A stretch of DNA of 64,000 bases from Acidimicrobiales bacterium (GCA_024638815.1 JAHEJM010000005.1:27040-91039); one strand, 5' to 3'; shown: positions 27,770-37,192, numbered from the stretch's first letter. Translations and numbers: made by a program. The notes: a model not told the origin generated them from the letters alone.

Positions 27770-30409
27770 TCACCGTTGCGGCACCGGCTGTCTCGCCGTC
27801 GTCGCCGGCCGGCGTGTCCTCGGGCGCGCCGAGGTTGCGGAGTATCGATCCAGAACATCGACCATGACCTCGGGAAGGGGCTGAGAATGGGCCACGACCA
27901 GGCGCTGGGTCGGCCGGGTCACCGCCACATACAGCAGTCCGAGACCGCCGGCCTGGGCCACAATCAATGCCGGCTCCACCACCACCACCACGTCGAATTC
28001 CAGCCCTTTGACCGCAGTCGGTGTCATGGCATGGACACCGGGAACCCGGTCGGCGACCTGGGCGTTCAGCTCGGGATCGGCGGCAATCAGGCACACCCGG
28101 CCTCGGGGCAACCGGTCGAGCTCCCGCTTCAGCACCCCCGTCACCGAGGCTGCGACATCGATTCCGCCGTCGAGCCGCTCGACCACCACCTCGTGGCCCG
28201 ACGGCCGAATGGATCGGGCCGGCGTCAATCCCGGGGCCAGTTCGGCCAGCAGGCGGTGGGCCAGGGGATCGAGTTCACGGGGCGAGCGGTAGTTGATGGT
28301 CAGCTCCCGAAATGAGATGTCGGCAAGCATGGGTGGCAGCAGCTCATCCCAGCCGTTGACCGTTCCGGCCTTCCGCTGGGCCAGGTCGCCGACGATGGTG
28401 ATGCCGGCCTCGGCCCGCCGGGCCACCATCCGCCACTGCATGGCGGTCAGGTCCTGGGCTTCGTCGACGATCACGTGCCCGAACTGCCAGCTCCGCTCCA
28501 GCGCCGCCAGCTCCTGCACGGTGGCCGACACCTCCTGAGCGGCGTCGACCGCCTCCAGGGTCAGATCCTCGGCCGGGGAACCGTCCGACTCCGGCGCCGC
28601 CCGGCCGTCCTCGGTGGCCGGCCCGACCTCTTCGGTGTCGGCAAAGGCAACCTCGTAGGGCACTTCGATGTCATGGTGGACGATGGCGACCGGACCGGAT
28701 CGGGATCTCGCACCATCGGACACGTACTCGTCGTCATCGTCGATGTAGGGATCGTCCAATTGATAGAGGAACGGTGTGTCGTCGGCATCGTCGGGCCGTT
28801 GAAAGGGCTCGATCGAAGGTTCAGACCGGAGCCGTGGTCGGGTCGACACCCCACCGTCGAGGCCGCCGTCGTGGACGGCCGAGCCCCCGTCGATGAGTGA
28901 CACGTCATCGTCCTCGTGGCGGTCGAGCGACGGCTCCTCAGCGGGCAACCCGTCGACCGATCCGGACCCGAAGCCCACAGGGCCGAGGAGAGCCAGGAAC
29001 TCGTCAAGCAGAGCGGCATCGGCCTCGCTCCATATCCTCCGATCCAGCTCCCGCTCCGGCGTCCGCCGGCGGAACAGCAGACGGACCCACGACGGGGGAT
29101 GACCGGCCGCGACCAACGCCGATCGGAGCAGGGACTTGCTTCCCAGTACATCGTTCAGGGCCTGCTCCGGTGACAACGGCGGGAAGTGGGCCAGAAGGAA
29201 CTCCTGCACATCGGGGTTGGCGGCGAATGACCGTCGAGCCTCCTCCAGATCATGGAACGACCGGTCATGGACCTCGCCGGCCAGCGTGTCGATCAGCAGG
29301 CGGCGGAACTCGGCAGCGCCGTCGTTGTGATGGCGATGGCGGCCGGCCCGCCGAAACAACCGCTGTAGCCGGTCGAGGTCGACGACGACACGGCGCGACC
29401 CGTACCAGCACACCAATCGTTCGTTGGGTGGACGTTGTCGCTGGTCGACCGCCGCCGCCACCAGGGAGGCCATGGCGGCCGAGCCCTTCACGTCGGCCAC
29501 CTCCGATGGTTCGTCGAGACCAGGCCGGATCCCCCGGTAGAGACGGGGTAATGTCACCGCAACCACGCCACTCTCCCCCAGCGACGGCAGAACCTGGGAG
29601 ATGTAGTGCAGGAACTGCTGACTGGGACCCACGATGAGCACACCGGTCTCGGCCAGCTCCACCCGCTTGTCATAGAGCAGGTAGGCGGCGCGATGGAGGG
29701 CAACCACCGTCTTTCCCGTACCCGGCCCACCCTGGACAACCAGGGTCTTGTCGGCCGGGGCCCGGATGACCGCGTCCTGCTCGGCCTGGATCGTGGCCAC
29801 CACCGTGTGCATCTGCTCCCGGGTGGGGGCATCCAGGCTGGCCAGGAGCGCCGCCTCGCCCCGCAACTGGTCCCGTCCGCTGATCATGCGGGCGGGATCG
29901 AAAACCTCGTCGGAGTAGTCGATCAGAGCAGAGGGGGTCTCCGGTCGAGGATCGTCATAGAGCAGGTGCCGCCGTCGGTCGAGGCCCATGGGCTCCAGGG
30001 GCGTGGCCCGGTAGAACGGCACGGCGGCCCGAGCCCGCCAGTCGACCAGTAGCACGTCGTCGCCGTCGAGCACCGTCCGGCGTCCGATGTAGAGTTCGTC
30101 TCCTCCGTCCTCAACCACCTTGCCGAAGGCCAGGGCATCCCCCTGGGCCTCCAGGTCGGCCACCCGACGAGCGGCGTACATGGCCCGCTCCGACATCTGC
30201 CGGACCAGAACCGCCTGAACGGCGGCGTCGGCTTCGGCATCCTCGTCAACGATGTCCCGGATGCCGTCATCGACCGCTTCCGCCGCTTCGGCCGCCAGAC
30301 CTCGGGCCACGCTGCGATTGCGCTCCAGGTAGCGCAGATGGGCCTCACGAATGCGGTCCAGAGCCTGTCGCTCCAACTCGAGCTGCGGCGTACGGCCGAA
30401 ACGGTTCAC
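27770..30409 (-). CDS. helD: HelD-like UvrD/REP superfamily 1 helicase (RNA-polymerase-associated type)
   Basis: Motifs present: Walker A QGGPGTGKTVVALHRAAYLLY, VIVDEAQDLTAMQW, ITIVGDLAQR, NYRSPRE and VKGLEFDVVVV. It has a HelD-type N-terminal coiled region (LVDWRARAAVPFY). An acidic ~150-aa insert lies between motifs I and II. Start codon is GTG. Confidence 0.8.
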   Translation of the reverse strand: MNRFGRTPQLELERQALDRIREAHLRYLERNRSVARGLAAEAAEAVDDGIRDIVDEDAEADAAVQAVLVRQMSERAMYAARRVADLEAQGDALAFGKVVEDGGDELYIGRRTVLDGDDVLLVDWRARAAVPFYRATPLEPMGLDRRRHLLYDDPRPETPSALIDYSDEVFDPARMISGRDQLRGEAALLASLDAPTREQMHTVVATIQAEQDAVIRAPADKTLVVQGGPGTGKTVVALHRAAYLLYDKRVELAETGVLIVGPSQQFLHYISQVLPSLGESGVVAVTLPRLYRGIRPGLDEPSEVADVKGSAAMASLVAAAVDQRQRPPNERLVCWYGSRRVVVDLDRLQRLFRRAGRHRHHNDGAAEFRRLLIDTLAGEVHDRSFHDLEEARRSFAANPDVQEFLLAHFPPLSPEQALNDVLGSKSLLRSALVAAGHPPSWVRLLFRRRTPERELDRRIWSEADAALLDEFLALLGPVGFGSGSVDGLPAEEPSLDRHEDDDVSLIDGGSAVHDGGLDGGVSTRPRLRSEPSIEPFQRPDDADDTPFLYQLDDPYIDDDDEYVSDGARSRSGPVAIVHHDIEVPYEVAFADTEEVGPATEDGRAAPESDGSPAEDLTLEAVDAAQEVSATVQELAALERSWQFGHVIVDEAQDLTAMQWRMVARRAEAGITIVGDLAQRKAGTVNGWDELLPPMLADISFRELTINYRSPRELDPLAHRLLAELAPGLTPARSIRPSGHEVVVERLDGGIDVAASVTGVLKRELDRLPRGRVCLIAADPELNAQVADRVPGVHAMTPTAVKGLEFDVVVVVEPALIVAQAGGLGLLYVAVTRPTQRLVVAHSQPLPEVMVDVLDRYSATSARPRTRRPATTARQPVPQR

Positions 30410-30565
30410 TTGGTCAACCTAGTCGAGTACGGCGAAAAGCCGACAGCCGGTTGCATCCCCTACCGATGCCGCATCGTTCTGCGGGCTTCCCCGGCCATCA
30501 TCTTCACCGCTCGGCGGGTGACGGCTACCATCGTCGCTCAGGCTACACAACGGGGAGATCAGACA

Positions 30566-31387
30566 TTGGGCAGCGACACCATCCATGTTGGCAGGGTTCG
30601 ATCCGATGTACTGGCCGAGCAGGATTCGTTGGATGACATCGTGTCCGGGCTGAACGACGAGCAGTGGTACGCCCCCACTCCCAGCAAGGGCTGGCGTGTG
30701 GTTGAACAGATCGCCCACCTCGCCTATTTCGACGATGCCGCAGCCGTCGCCATCACCGACCCGGCACGGTTCGTCGAGCTGAGGGGAGCGCTACAGTCCG
30801 CCCTCGCCGGCGGCGATCCCGAAGCGGCCGACACCCTGACTCTCGAACCCCTACGGTCGCTAGATCCCGCCGGCCTGCTGGAAGCGTGGCGGGCCAACCG
30901 CCGATTGCTGGCCGACGCCGCAGCCGGCCTGGCCGACGACGACCGCATCGAGTGGTACGGGCCGTCGATGGGCTCCAAGTCGTTTCTGACCGCCCGGCTG
31001 ATGGAGGCGTGGGCCCATGGTCAGGACGTGGCCGACGCCGTCGGCGTGGACCGGGCGGCGACCGACCGGCTGACCCACATCGCTCGGCTCGGGTTCATCA
31101 CCCGGGGCTGGTCCTATGCCGTTCGAGGACTGGCGGTGCCAGCCGATCAGGTGCGGGTCGAGCTGGTCGCGCCGTCCGGCGCTCACTGGCGGTTCGGACC
31201 AGAGGACGCCGCCCAGTCGATCGGAGGGTCGGCCGAGGACTTCTGCCTGGTTGTGACCCAGCGCCGCCATGTCGACGACACCGACCTGGTGGTGGAGGGT
31301 GATGCCGCCCGTGACTGGATGCTGCAGGCTCAGGCCTTTGCCGGCGGGCCGACCGAGGGGCCGGCCGCCGCCGGTTTGCCAACCTGA
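30566..31387 (+). CDS. DinB-like / mycothiol-dependent maleylpyruvate isomerase family metal-binding protein (TIGR03084-like)
   Basis: The sequence reads DSLDDIVSGLNDEQWYAPTPSKGWRVVEQIAHLAYFD...FLTARLMEAWAHGQDV. I chose TTG at 30566, preceded by GGGGAG about 8 nt upstream. The track ORF start at 30338 overlaps helD. Confidence 0.7.
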   Translation: MGSDTIHVGRVRSDVLAEQDSLDDIVSGLNDEQWYAPTPSKGWRVVEQIAHLAYFDDAAAVAITDPARFVELRGALQSALAGGDPEAADTLTLEPLRSLDPAGLLEAWRANRRLLADAAAGLADDDRIEWYGPSMGSKSFLTARLMEAWAHGQDVADAVGVDRAATDRLTHIARLGFITRGWSYAVRGLAVPADQVRVELVAPSGAHWRFGPEDAAQSIGGSAEDFCLVVTQRRHVDDTDLVVEGDAARDWMLQAQAFAGGPTEGPAAAGLPT

Positions 31388-31418
31388 GGCCGCCCGACAC
31401 ATCGGACCGGGGAGGCGG

Positions 31419-31964
31419 TCAGGACGGTGCCGGATCCGGCGAAGGACGGCGCAGCATCAAAGCCTGACGAACGGCCCGGCAGCACAGGTCCCCATGCTGG
31501 TTGTGGCCGCGGTGTTCGAGTGTGACGATCCCCTGATTCGGTCGCGATCGTGACGGTCGAGCTTCGATGACCTCGGTCTCCACCCGTAGCGTGTCACCGT
31601 GGAACATGGGGGCCGGGAACACGACCTCACTGAAGCCGAGGTTGGCCACCGTGGTGCCCAGAGTGGTTTCGTGCACGCTGATGCCGACCACCATGGCGAC
31701 CGTCAGCATGGAGTTGACCAGGGGTCGGCCGAACTCTGTCTCCCGTTCGGCGTAGTCGAAATCGAGATGGAGCCATGCCGGGTTCATGGTCATGGAGGTG
31801 AACATGACGTTGTCGGACTCGGTGATGGTGCGACGGATGGCGTGGTGGATGATCAACCCGGGGGTCAGCTCCTCGAACCACCGCCCGCTGTGAGGGCGCC
31901 GGACCGGACCCGACATGGTCTCGTCATCACCGCTTGTGTCGTCACTGTCCGCACCGCTGGTCAT
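31419..31964 (-). CDS. MaoC family (R)-specific enoyl-CoA hydratase/dehydratase
   Basis: It has the single hotdog pattern [26 protein letters not shown]...[16 protein letters not shown]. Its ATG overlaps the CitE-like stop (ATGA). Confidence 0.8.
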   Translation of the reverse strand: MTSGADSDDTSGDDETMSGPVRRPHSGRWFEELTPGLIIHHAIRRTITESDNVMFTSMTMNPAWLHLDFDYAERETEFGRPLVNSMLTVAMVVGISVHETTLGTTVANLGFSEVVFPAPMFHGDTLRVETEVIEARPSRSRPNQGIVTLEHRGHNQHGDLCCRAVRQALMLRRPSPDPAPS

Positions 31965-32830
31965 GGATGTGCCACTCCTCGGACTCGCTCCAGCAGGCGC
32001 CGGGCCTGCACCGCCAGGGGTTCGTCCACCATCTGACCCTCGAAGTCGATGGCGGCGAGACCCCGGTCCTGGGCCTCGGCGTAGGCGGTAAGCAGCCGGC
32101 GGGCCCGATCCACCTCCTCCGGTCCGGGGGTGAAGGCGGCGTTCGCCGGCTCCACCTGGCCGGGATGGATGCAGAGCTTGCCGGCATAGCCCATGTTGCG
32201 GGCCTGTCGGGCTTCACGCGTGAACCGAGCCTCGTTGCGAAAATCGGTGACGACCTGATCGACGATCGGGACCTCGGCCACCCGGGCGGACAGGGCCACC
32301 GACGATCGGGCGTTGGCCACCTCATGGTTCGACTCGGTTCGCACCCCGCCGAGGTCGGCGATCAGATCCTCGGCTCCGAAGTAGGCGGCCGACACCCTGG
32401 GGTGGCTCAGCAGGATCCGGGCGTCAATCACACCCAAGGCAGTCTCGATGCCCACCAACACCCCGACGTTGTCCAACCCGGCCCGGTCCAGCGTGGTGGC
32501 AACATGATCCAGCTGCTCCACGGTCTCGATCTTGGGCACGACGACGGCGGCTGCCTCCGGCGCCACACCTTCCCTGATGTCGGCATCGAACCATGGGCCG
32601 GTCACCGCATTGACCCGAACCACCACGGTTTCACCCTGGGCCACCAGTTGTGGCACCCAGCGACGGGCCAGCAACCGACCCTGTTCCTTGGCGTTGGCCG
32701 GCACCGCATCCTCACAATCGAGGAACACCACATCGGCGCCACGTCCCGGTAGCTTCCGGATGAAGTCCTCCCGGACCGACGGAGCGATGAGCACCGAACG
32801 AAGGACTTCCAGCGGGGTGACACCGGTCAT
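31961..32830 (-). CDS. HpcH/HpaI aldolase / citrate lyase beta (CitE)-like acyl-CoA lyase
   Basis: 289 aa with [19 protein letters not shown] and [12 protein letters not shown], typical of CitE/malyl-CoA/citramalyl-CoA lyases. Confidence 0.85.
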   Translation of the reverse strand: MTGVTPLEVLRSVLIAPSVREDFIRKLPGRGADVVFLDCEDAVPANAKEQGRLLARRWVPQLVAQGETVVVRVNAVTGPWFDADIREGVAPEAAAVVVPKIETVEQLDHVATTLDRAGLDNVGVLVGIETALGVIDARILLSHPRVSAAYFGAEDLIADLGGVRTESNHEVANARSSVALSARVAEVPIVDQVVTDFRNEARFTREARQARNMGYAGKLCIHPGQVEPANAAFTPGPEEVDRARRLLTAYAEAQDRGLAAIDFEGQMVDEPLAVQARRLLERVRGVAHP

Positions 32831-32949
32831 GGGCCCGAAACGGTGCCGTTCACGGCCCCGTGCATTGCCTCGATCACGGAGCCGGTCATGGCCCCGAGCA
32901 TTGCCTCGATCACGGAGCGGTTCATGGCCCGATTGATGGCCCGATTCAT
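32827..32949 (-). CDS. 40-codon intercistronic small ORF built from a minisatellite ([40 protein letters not shown])
   Basis: Its ATG (32949-32947) overlaps the TGA of the upstream PepSY gene as ATGA. Its TGA (32829-32827) overlaps the ATG of the CitE-like gene as ATGA. The repeat unit is 36 nt (12 codons), which preserves the frame. Confidence 0.4.
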   Translation of the reverse strand: MNRAINRAMNRSVIEAMLGAMTGSVIEAMHGAVNGTVSGP

Positions 32950-32952
32950 GGC
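32838..32952. repeat. degenerate tandem minisatellite (36-nt unit)
   Basis: The two full units (32860-32895 and 32896-32931) are 32/36 identical by hand count. There is a partial unit at 32838-32859 and two 12-nt sub-repeats ATT(G/C)ATGGC at 32932-32952. Confidence 0.85.
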
Positions 32953-33647
32953 ATGGCCAACACGATGGCGATGATGGCGATCACGGCTCCGGCCAGTGAC
33001 AGCGACAGAGCCCGAAGCCGGCGCTTGCGCATGAGGAACTGGATGCCGAGGCCGCTCAGGGCGATGATGACCAGCAGGGCGCCGCTGATGTCGATGATCC
33101 AACGCCACGCCGACGTGGCATCCCGTCCCTTGTGCAGCTCGTTCATGATCCCGAGCAGGCCCTGGCGACTGGTCGTCAATTCGTATCGGCCGGACCTTGT
33201 GTCGAAGAAGAGGTCGGCTCCATAGCCCGGAGCCCGGTAGCTGATCGAGCCCTCATCTCCCTCGACTCCGAAGTCCGTCACCTCGCCCGATACCCCATGG
33301 CGCTCCCTGACCAGCTGGCTGACGGCCAAGAACCTGGTTCCGTCCGCTTCAGCCTCGGCGCCGCCGGCCGGTACCACCAGGTCGGTCGGCAGCGAACCGG
33401 TCACGGTTTCGGTCGTCGTGTCGGCACCGAGGAATGTCCACTCCGGATGGTTGAGCGTGATACCGGTTAGACCGAAGAACAACATCAGCAGCAGGCTGAT
33501 CATGCTGGTGTAGACATGGGCCCACCGCAACCAGAAGCTGGTTCGCCGGTTCAGCTCACCGGGCGGGGGCGGCGTCCGGCGAACCGGTGACCGGCGATGG
33601 GATGGAGCCGGAGGAGCCGGACGACGATCAGGGGTGAGCAGGCTCAC
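32946..33647 (-). CDS. PepSY-associated TM-helix domain membrane protein
   Basis: The sequence reads FWLRWAHVYTSMISLLLMLFFGLTGITLNHPEW...GIMNELHKGRD...WRWIIDISGALLVIIALSGLGIQF. I chose GTG at 33647 (VSLLTPDRR), preceded by GGAGG. The track start at 33809 would run through the 90-nt repeat. Confidence 0.7.
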   Translation of the reverse strand: MSLLTPDRRPAPPAPSHRRSPVRRTPPPPGELNRRTSFWLRWAHVYTSMISLLLMLFFGLTGITLNHPEWTFLGADTTTETVTGSLPTDLVVPAGGAEAEADGTRFLAVSQLVRERHGVSGEVTDFGVEGDEGSISYRAPGYGADLFFDTRSGRYELTTSRQGLLGIMNELHKGRDATSAWRWIIDISGALLVIIALSGLGIQFLMRKRRLRALSLSLAGAVIAIIAIVLAMP

Positions 33648-33715
33648 GGCCTCCAACGGTACCGCAAAACGCCGACCGCCGGCACGGCGCCGATCCTGCC
33701 GGTGACCTGGGCCTA

Positions 33716-33805
33716 GATTTCCTTGGTGGTAGGAAACTTGAACATTGCGGCAAGTCGTCTGCACCAAGGAATCTTGAGTTACCGGCCGAGGGCGGGGATA
33801 CCTAG
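33716..33805. repeat. 90-nt conserved intergenic element, copy 1 (second copy at 58272-58361)
   Basis: Ungapped hand alignment to copy 2 gives 72/90 identities. An inverted repeat GATTTCCTTGGTG...CACCAAGGAATC encloses about 33 nt, followed by a CCGGCC-N3-GGCGGG hairpin. The terminal CCTAG supplies the TAG stop (33802-33804) of the upstream minus-strand gene. Confidence 0.8.
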
Positions 33806-34431
33806 ACAATCAGCGCAAAGGCGTCAGGGATTGCCGACAGGGCAATCCGCCGGTATGAACCGATGAGGTGTCCGTCGACGCGGATCGGGATCGGGCGATC
33901 GAACCCGTGTTGCCACTCCGAGACACGGACCGTTCGTAGATCGGGGTGGGGCAGGTGGGAGCCGGTGCGGGCGCGCCGCACCGCCTCGACCCGCTGACGC
34001 CAATCCAGAGCGCCGACGGTGATGTCGAGAACCCCGTCGTTGGGATGGGCCCTCGGACCGAGACGAAGCGGTCCCAGCCAACGCGCTGACAGGAGGGGCG
34101 CATTCATCACCACGGCCCCCTCGCCGCGCCCGAGACCACGACGAGCGACCAGATGGGCCACAAACGGGACCTCCTGGTCGGCCCCGGTCCCGTCGGTGGC
34201 GTGAAGCAGTGCGAGATCGACCGGGAACCGCCATCGTTGCCCTACGGGTCGGGGTCTGTCGAGTCCCACCGTGGCCAGTAGATCACCGGTGGCGACCGAT
34301 GCCGTCAGTTGTTCATGGTGCCGCCACCGGTCGTGGGCCAGCAGTGCCAACTCCCGGTCGTTGTCGGCCGTCGGCACCTCACCCGTCGATGGGCTCGGCG
34401 CACCCCACGCCTCACCCTTGCGAATCGTCAT
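33802..34431 (-). CDS. hypothetical protein (weak resemblance to the C-terminal beta-domain of DAGK/YegS-type lipid kinases)
   Basis: I chose the ATG at 34431 (MTIRKGEAWG), which overlaps the helY 3' end by 20 nt. The C-terminal pattern is PNDGVLDITVGAL...IRVDGHLIG. The upstream part of the track ORF is Ser/Pro-rich. Confidence 0.4.
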   Translation of the reverse strand: MTIRKGEAWGAPSPSTGEVPTADNDRELALLAHDRWRHHEQLTASVATGDLLATVGLDRPRPVGQRWRFPVDLALLHATDGTGADQEVPFVAHLVARRGLGRGEGAVVMNAPLLSARWLGPLRLGPRAHPNDGVLDITVGALDWRQRVEAVRRARTGSHLPHPDLRTVRVSEWQHGFDRPIPIRVDGHLIGSYRRIALSAIPDAFALIV

Positions 34432-37192
34432 CCGACTCCGACCGGGCGGCGGCCGATCCGCGCCGGTCCCCTGATCCACCCCCGTCCCCCGATCCGTCAC
34501 CACGCCCGGACTGCTCGTCGCCGTCGAGGAGCTTCGACGAGGCTGCCACGAGATCCCGATTGACGGCATCGGCCGCCGCCCGGGCCTGACGAGCAGTGCG
34601 TCGATCAACGGCGAGCTGCCCGAGCTGGCGCAGCAGGTCGATGAGCTGCTTGGTGGTGCGGACGAAGTCGCCGGCGGTGAACTCCTCGTCGGCCAGGACA
34701 TCGTCCAGGCTGCCTCCAGCGGCCCAGCCGTGAGCCACGGCCACGAAGCCGGCGTCGGGGGCCCTGGTCAGCGGGAGTCGGTGCTCCTGCTCGGTCTGGT
34801 TCAAATCCAGGTGCATGGCCTGAATCCGGCGGAACCGGCGCCGAAGGTCGGCCGACGGGTACCAGGGCTGACCGGCGGGGCCGTTGCTGCGACGCTCCTC
34901 GTAGACGAACACCGACGCCAATCCGGCAATCTCGGCCGGGTTGAGTCCATCGAACATCCCGGCCTCCATGGCCTCGACCACCAGGAGATCGCATTCGTGA
35001 TAGAGCCGGGCCATGCACTGGCCGCTGGGGGTGAGCGACCAGTCTTCGAGGTGGCCTCGCTCCGTCATCAACTCGATGACCCGGTCGAACTGGGCGGCCA
35101 ACGACTCGGCCTTGGCCGCCGTAACCTCTCGGATTCGGGCCAGCTCGGATTCGATGCGGTTCAGCCGTTTCAGGCCCTTGACCGCGCCCGCCGGCAGCTC
35201 GTCCCGGGACTGCAACCCGATCGACAACGCCTCCTCATCCGGAGCCGAAGGCCCGCCCCGGTTCTGCTTGTCCCTGGAACGCCGGCGGGAGCGGGATTTG
35301 GAACCACCGGCCACCCGGGTCCGCGCCAACGATTGGGACACCTCATAGGCGAAGCTGACGCTGTTTGGCAGGTAGGGCTCGGGAAGTTCGACCTGGCCGA
35401 CCGCAACCGGTGCCGCCAGGAGTTCGGAAGGTGCGACCTCGAAGCTCTGACCGCTTCGATCGACCACACTGACCCGGATTCGTCCCCGTTTGCGAAAGGC
35501 CACGCTGAGTACGGCGACCATCCGGGGATCCTGCCCGGGGCCGAGGTCTATCACGTCGCCCGGCTTGAAATGGGCCAAAGCGAACGAGATGGCTTGCTCG
35601 TCACGATCAGCCGAGGTCGCGGTGATCGACGCCGCCCGCAGATGCTCGATCGGACCGAAATCCCGCTCGAGCTGGTTGGTGATCTTGGTTCGCCGCTGGA
35701 GCAGCTTTTCGATCTGCTGCTCCGACTCGACCACACCGGCATCGACCCGGTATTGGCCGAACGACAGATTGAGCAGCTGACGGGCCCGTTGCGGCGAGTG
35801 GCCGCGAACCAGGTTGGCCGCCATGTTGTAAGTCGGTCGGAACGACGAGGTCAGCACGAACCGTCTGCTGAGCGCCAGGTTGGCCACCTGGTCGAACGTT
35901 ACGTACGGCGACCACAGCACCACGGCCTGACCGTGGGTGTCGATGCCCCGTCGCCCGGCCCGACCGGTGAGCTGGGTGTACTGGCCCGGAGTGAGAAACT
36001 CGTGGGTCTCACCGCTGAACTTGCTGAGCTTTTCGATGACGACGGTTCGAGCCGGCATGTTGATTCCCAGGGCCAAGGTCTCGGTGGCGAAGACGACCTT
36101 GACCAACCCGGCCACGAAGCACGCCTCGACCGCTTCCTTCATCGGCGGGACCATGCCGGCATGATGGGGCGCCACCCCGGCTTCCAATCCCTGAAGGAAC
36201 AGGTCGAATCCCAGGACCTCGAGATCGGAAGGATCCAGGTCGGCCAGGTGCTCGTTCACGATCTTGGCGATCTGGCGACGCTCGTCCTCGCTGGTCAGCT
36301 GCATCCCGGTGCCGGCCACCGCTCGAGCCGCATCATCACAGGCGGCCCGGCTGAAGATGAAGTAGATGACGGGAAGGAGATCCCGGCGGCGAAGCTCATG
36401 GACCACATCGATTCGCCGGGGCGTTCGCCACGGTGCCCGAGGCCGCCGTGGCCGCCGTCGATCGCCACCCTGGCTCCGCCGGGTGCGCGATCTCGTCTCC
36501 GGGTCGTACCGATGGCCCTTTGGGTTGGGTTGGGAGCCGCGCAGGGTCTTCATGACATGAAGATGACTGCCCGACCTCTCCCCCACCATGTAGAGGTTGG
36601 TCAGCTCGACCGGTCGCTCCTGTTCCACCACCAGTGTCGTCGGACCCCGTACCGTCTCGATCCAGCCCGCCAGCTCGTCGGCATTCGACACCGTGGCCGA
36701 CAAGCAGACCAGACGGATGGGCGGGGGCAGATTGATGATGATCTCCTCCCACACCAGGCCCCGGTAGGCGTCCTGGAGATAATGGACCTCGTCCAGCACC
36801 ACGGTCTGCAACCGATCGAGGTTGTTACCGGCATAGAGCATGTTGCGCAGTACCTCGGTGGTCATGACCACCACCGGGGCATCGCCGTTGACGTTGTTGT
36901 CCCCGGTGAGCAGCCCGACGGAGGAGCGTCCGTGAGCGGCCACCAGATCGTGGTATTTCTGATTGGACAGTGCCTTGATCGGGGTCGTGTAGAAGATGCG
37001 CCGCCGGCCCGCCAGCGCCCGGGCCACGGCGTAGTCGGCGACCAGGGTCTTTCCGGCGCCGGTGGGAGCGGCCACGACCACGTGGTTACCCCGGTCGATC
37101 CCGTCAAACGACTTGATCTGGAAGTCGTCGGGGGCGAAACCGAGTCGTTCGATGAAAGCCTGGCGCCGGCTCGTACTGTCGGCGTCCATCAC
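34412..37192 (-). CDS. helY: Ski2-like DEAD/DEAH-box RNA helicase HelY
   Basis: 926 aa with motif I AAPTGAGKT, motif II LDEVHYL, SATV and a C-terminal DSHCT-like region. It holds the conserved position downstream of tatC. Confidence 0.9.
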   Translation of the reverse strand: MMDADSTSRRQAFIERLGFAPDDFQIKSFDGIDRGNHVVVAAPTGAGKTLVADYAVARALAGRRRIFYTTPIKALSNQKYHDLVAAHGRSSVGLLTGDNNVNGDAPVVVMTTEVLRNMLYAGNNLDRLQTVVLDEVHYLQDAYRGLVWEEIIINLPPPIRLVCLSATVSNADELAGWIETVRGPTTLVVEQERPVELTNLYMVGERSGSHLHVMKTLRGSQPNPKGHRYDPETRSRTRRSQGGDRRRPRRPRAPWRTPRRIDVVHELRRRDLLPVIYFIFSRAACDDAARAVAGTGMQLTSEDERRQIAKIVNEHLADLDPSDLEVLGFDLFLQGLEAGVAPHHAGMVPPMKEAVEACFVAGLVKVVFATETLALGINMPARTVVIEKLSKFSGETHEFLTPGQYTQLTGRAGRRGIDTHGQAVVLWSPYVTFDQVANLALSRRFVLTSSFRPTYNMAANLVRGHSPQRARQLLNLSFGQYRVDAGVVESEQQIEKLLQRRTKITNQLERDFGPIEHLRAASITATSADRDEQAISFALAHFKPGDVIDLGPGQDPRMVAVLSVAFRKRGRIRVSVVDRSGQSFEVAPSELLAAPVAVGQVELPEPYLPNSVSFAYEVSQSLARTRVAGGSKSRSRRRSRDKQNRGGPSAPDEEALSIGLQSRDELPAGAVKGLKRLNRIESELARIREVTAAKAESLAAQFDRVIELMTERGHLEDWSLTPSGQCMARLYHECDLLVVEAMEAGMFDGLNPAEIAGLASVFVYEERRSNGPAGQPWYPSADLRRRFRRIQAMHLDLNQTEQEHRLPLTRAPDAGFVAVAHGWAAGGSLDDVLADEEFTAGDFVRTTKQLIDLLRQLGQLAVDRRTARQARAAADAVNRDLVAASSKLLDGDEQSGRGDGSGDGGGSGDRRGSAAARSESDDDSQG

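Noticed and set aside
32860-33225. Plus-strand ORF with His/Cys-rich repeats (MHCLDHGAGHGPEHCLDHGAVHGP...) that looks like a metal-binding peptide.
   Set aside because: It is the antisense reading of the minisatellite and then runs antisense through the PepSY-TM gene. The minus-strand reading is favoured by ATGA coupling at both ends.
33713-33805. IS630/Tc1-type MITE interpretation of the 90-nt element (copy 1 is flanked by CTAG on both sides).
   Set aside because: Copy 2 has CAAG rather than CTAG at its left end. The element termini are not inverted repeats of each other, and no transposase is nearby. This is kept only as an alternative hypothesis within the main finding.
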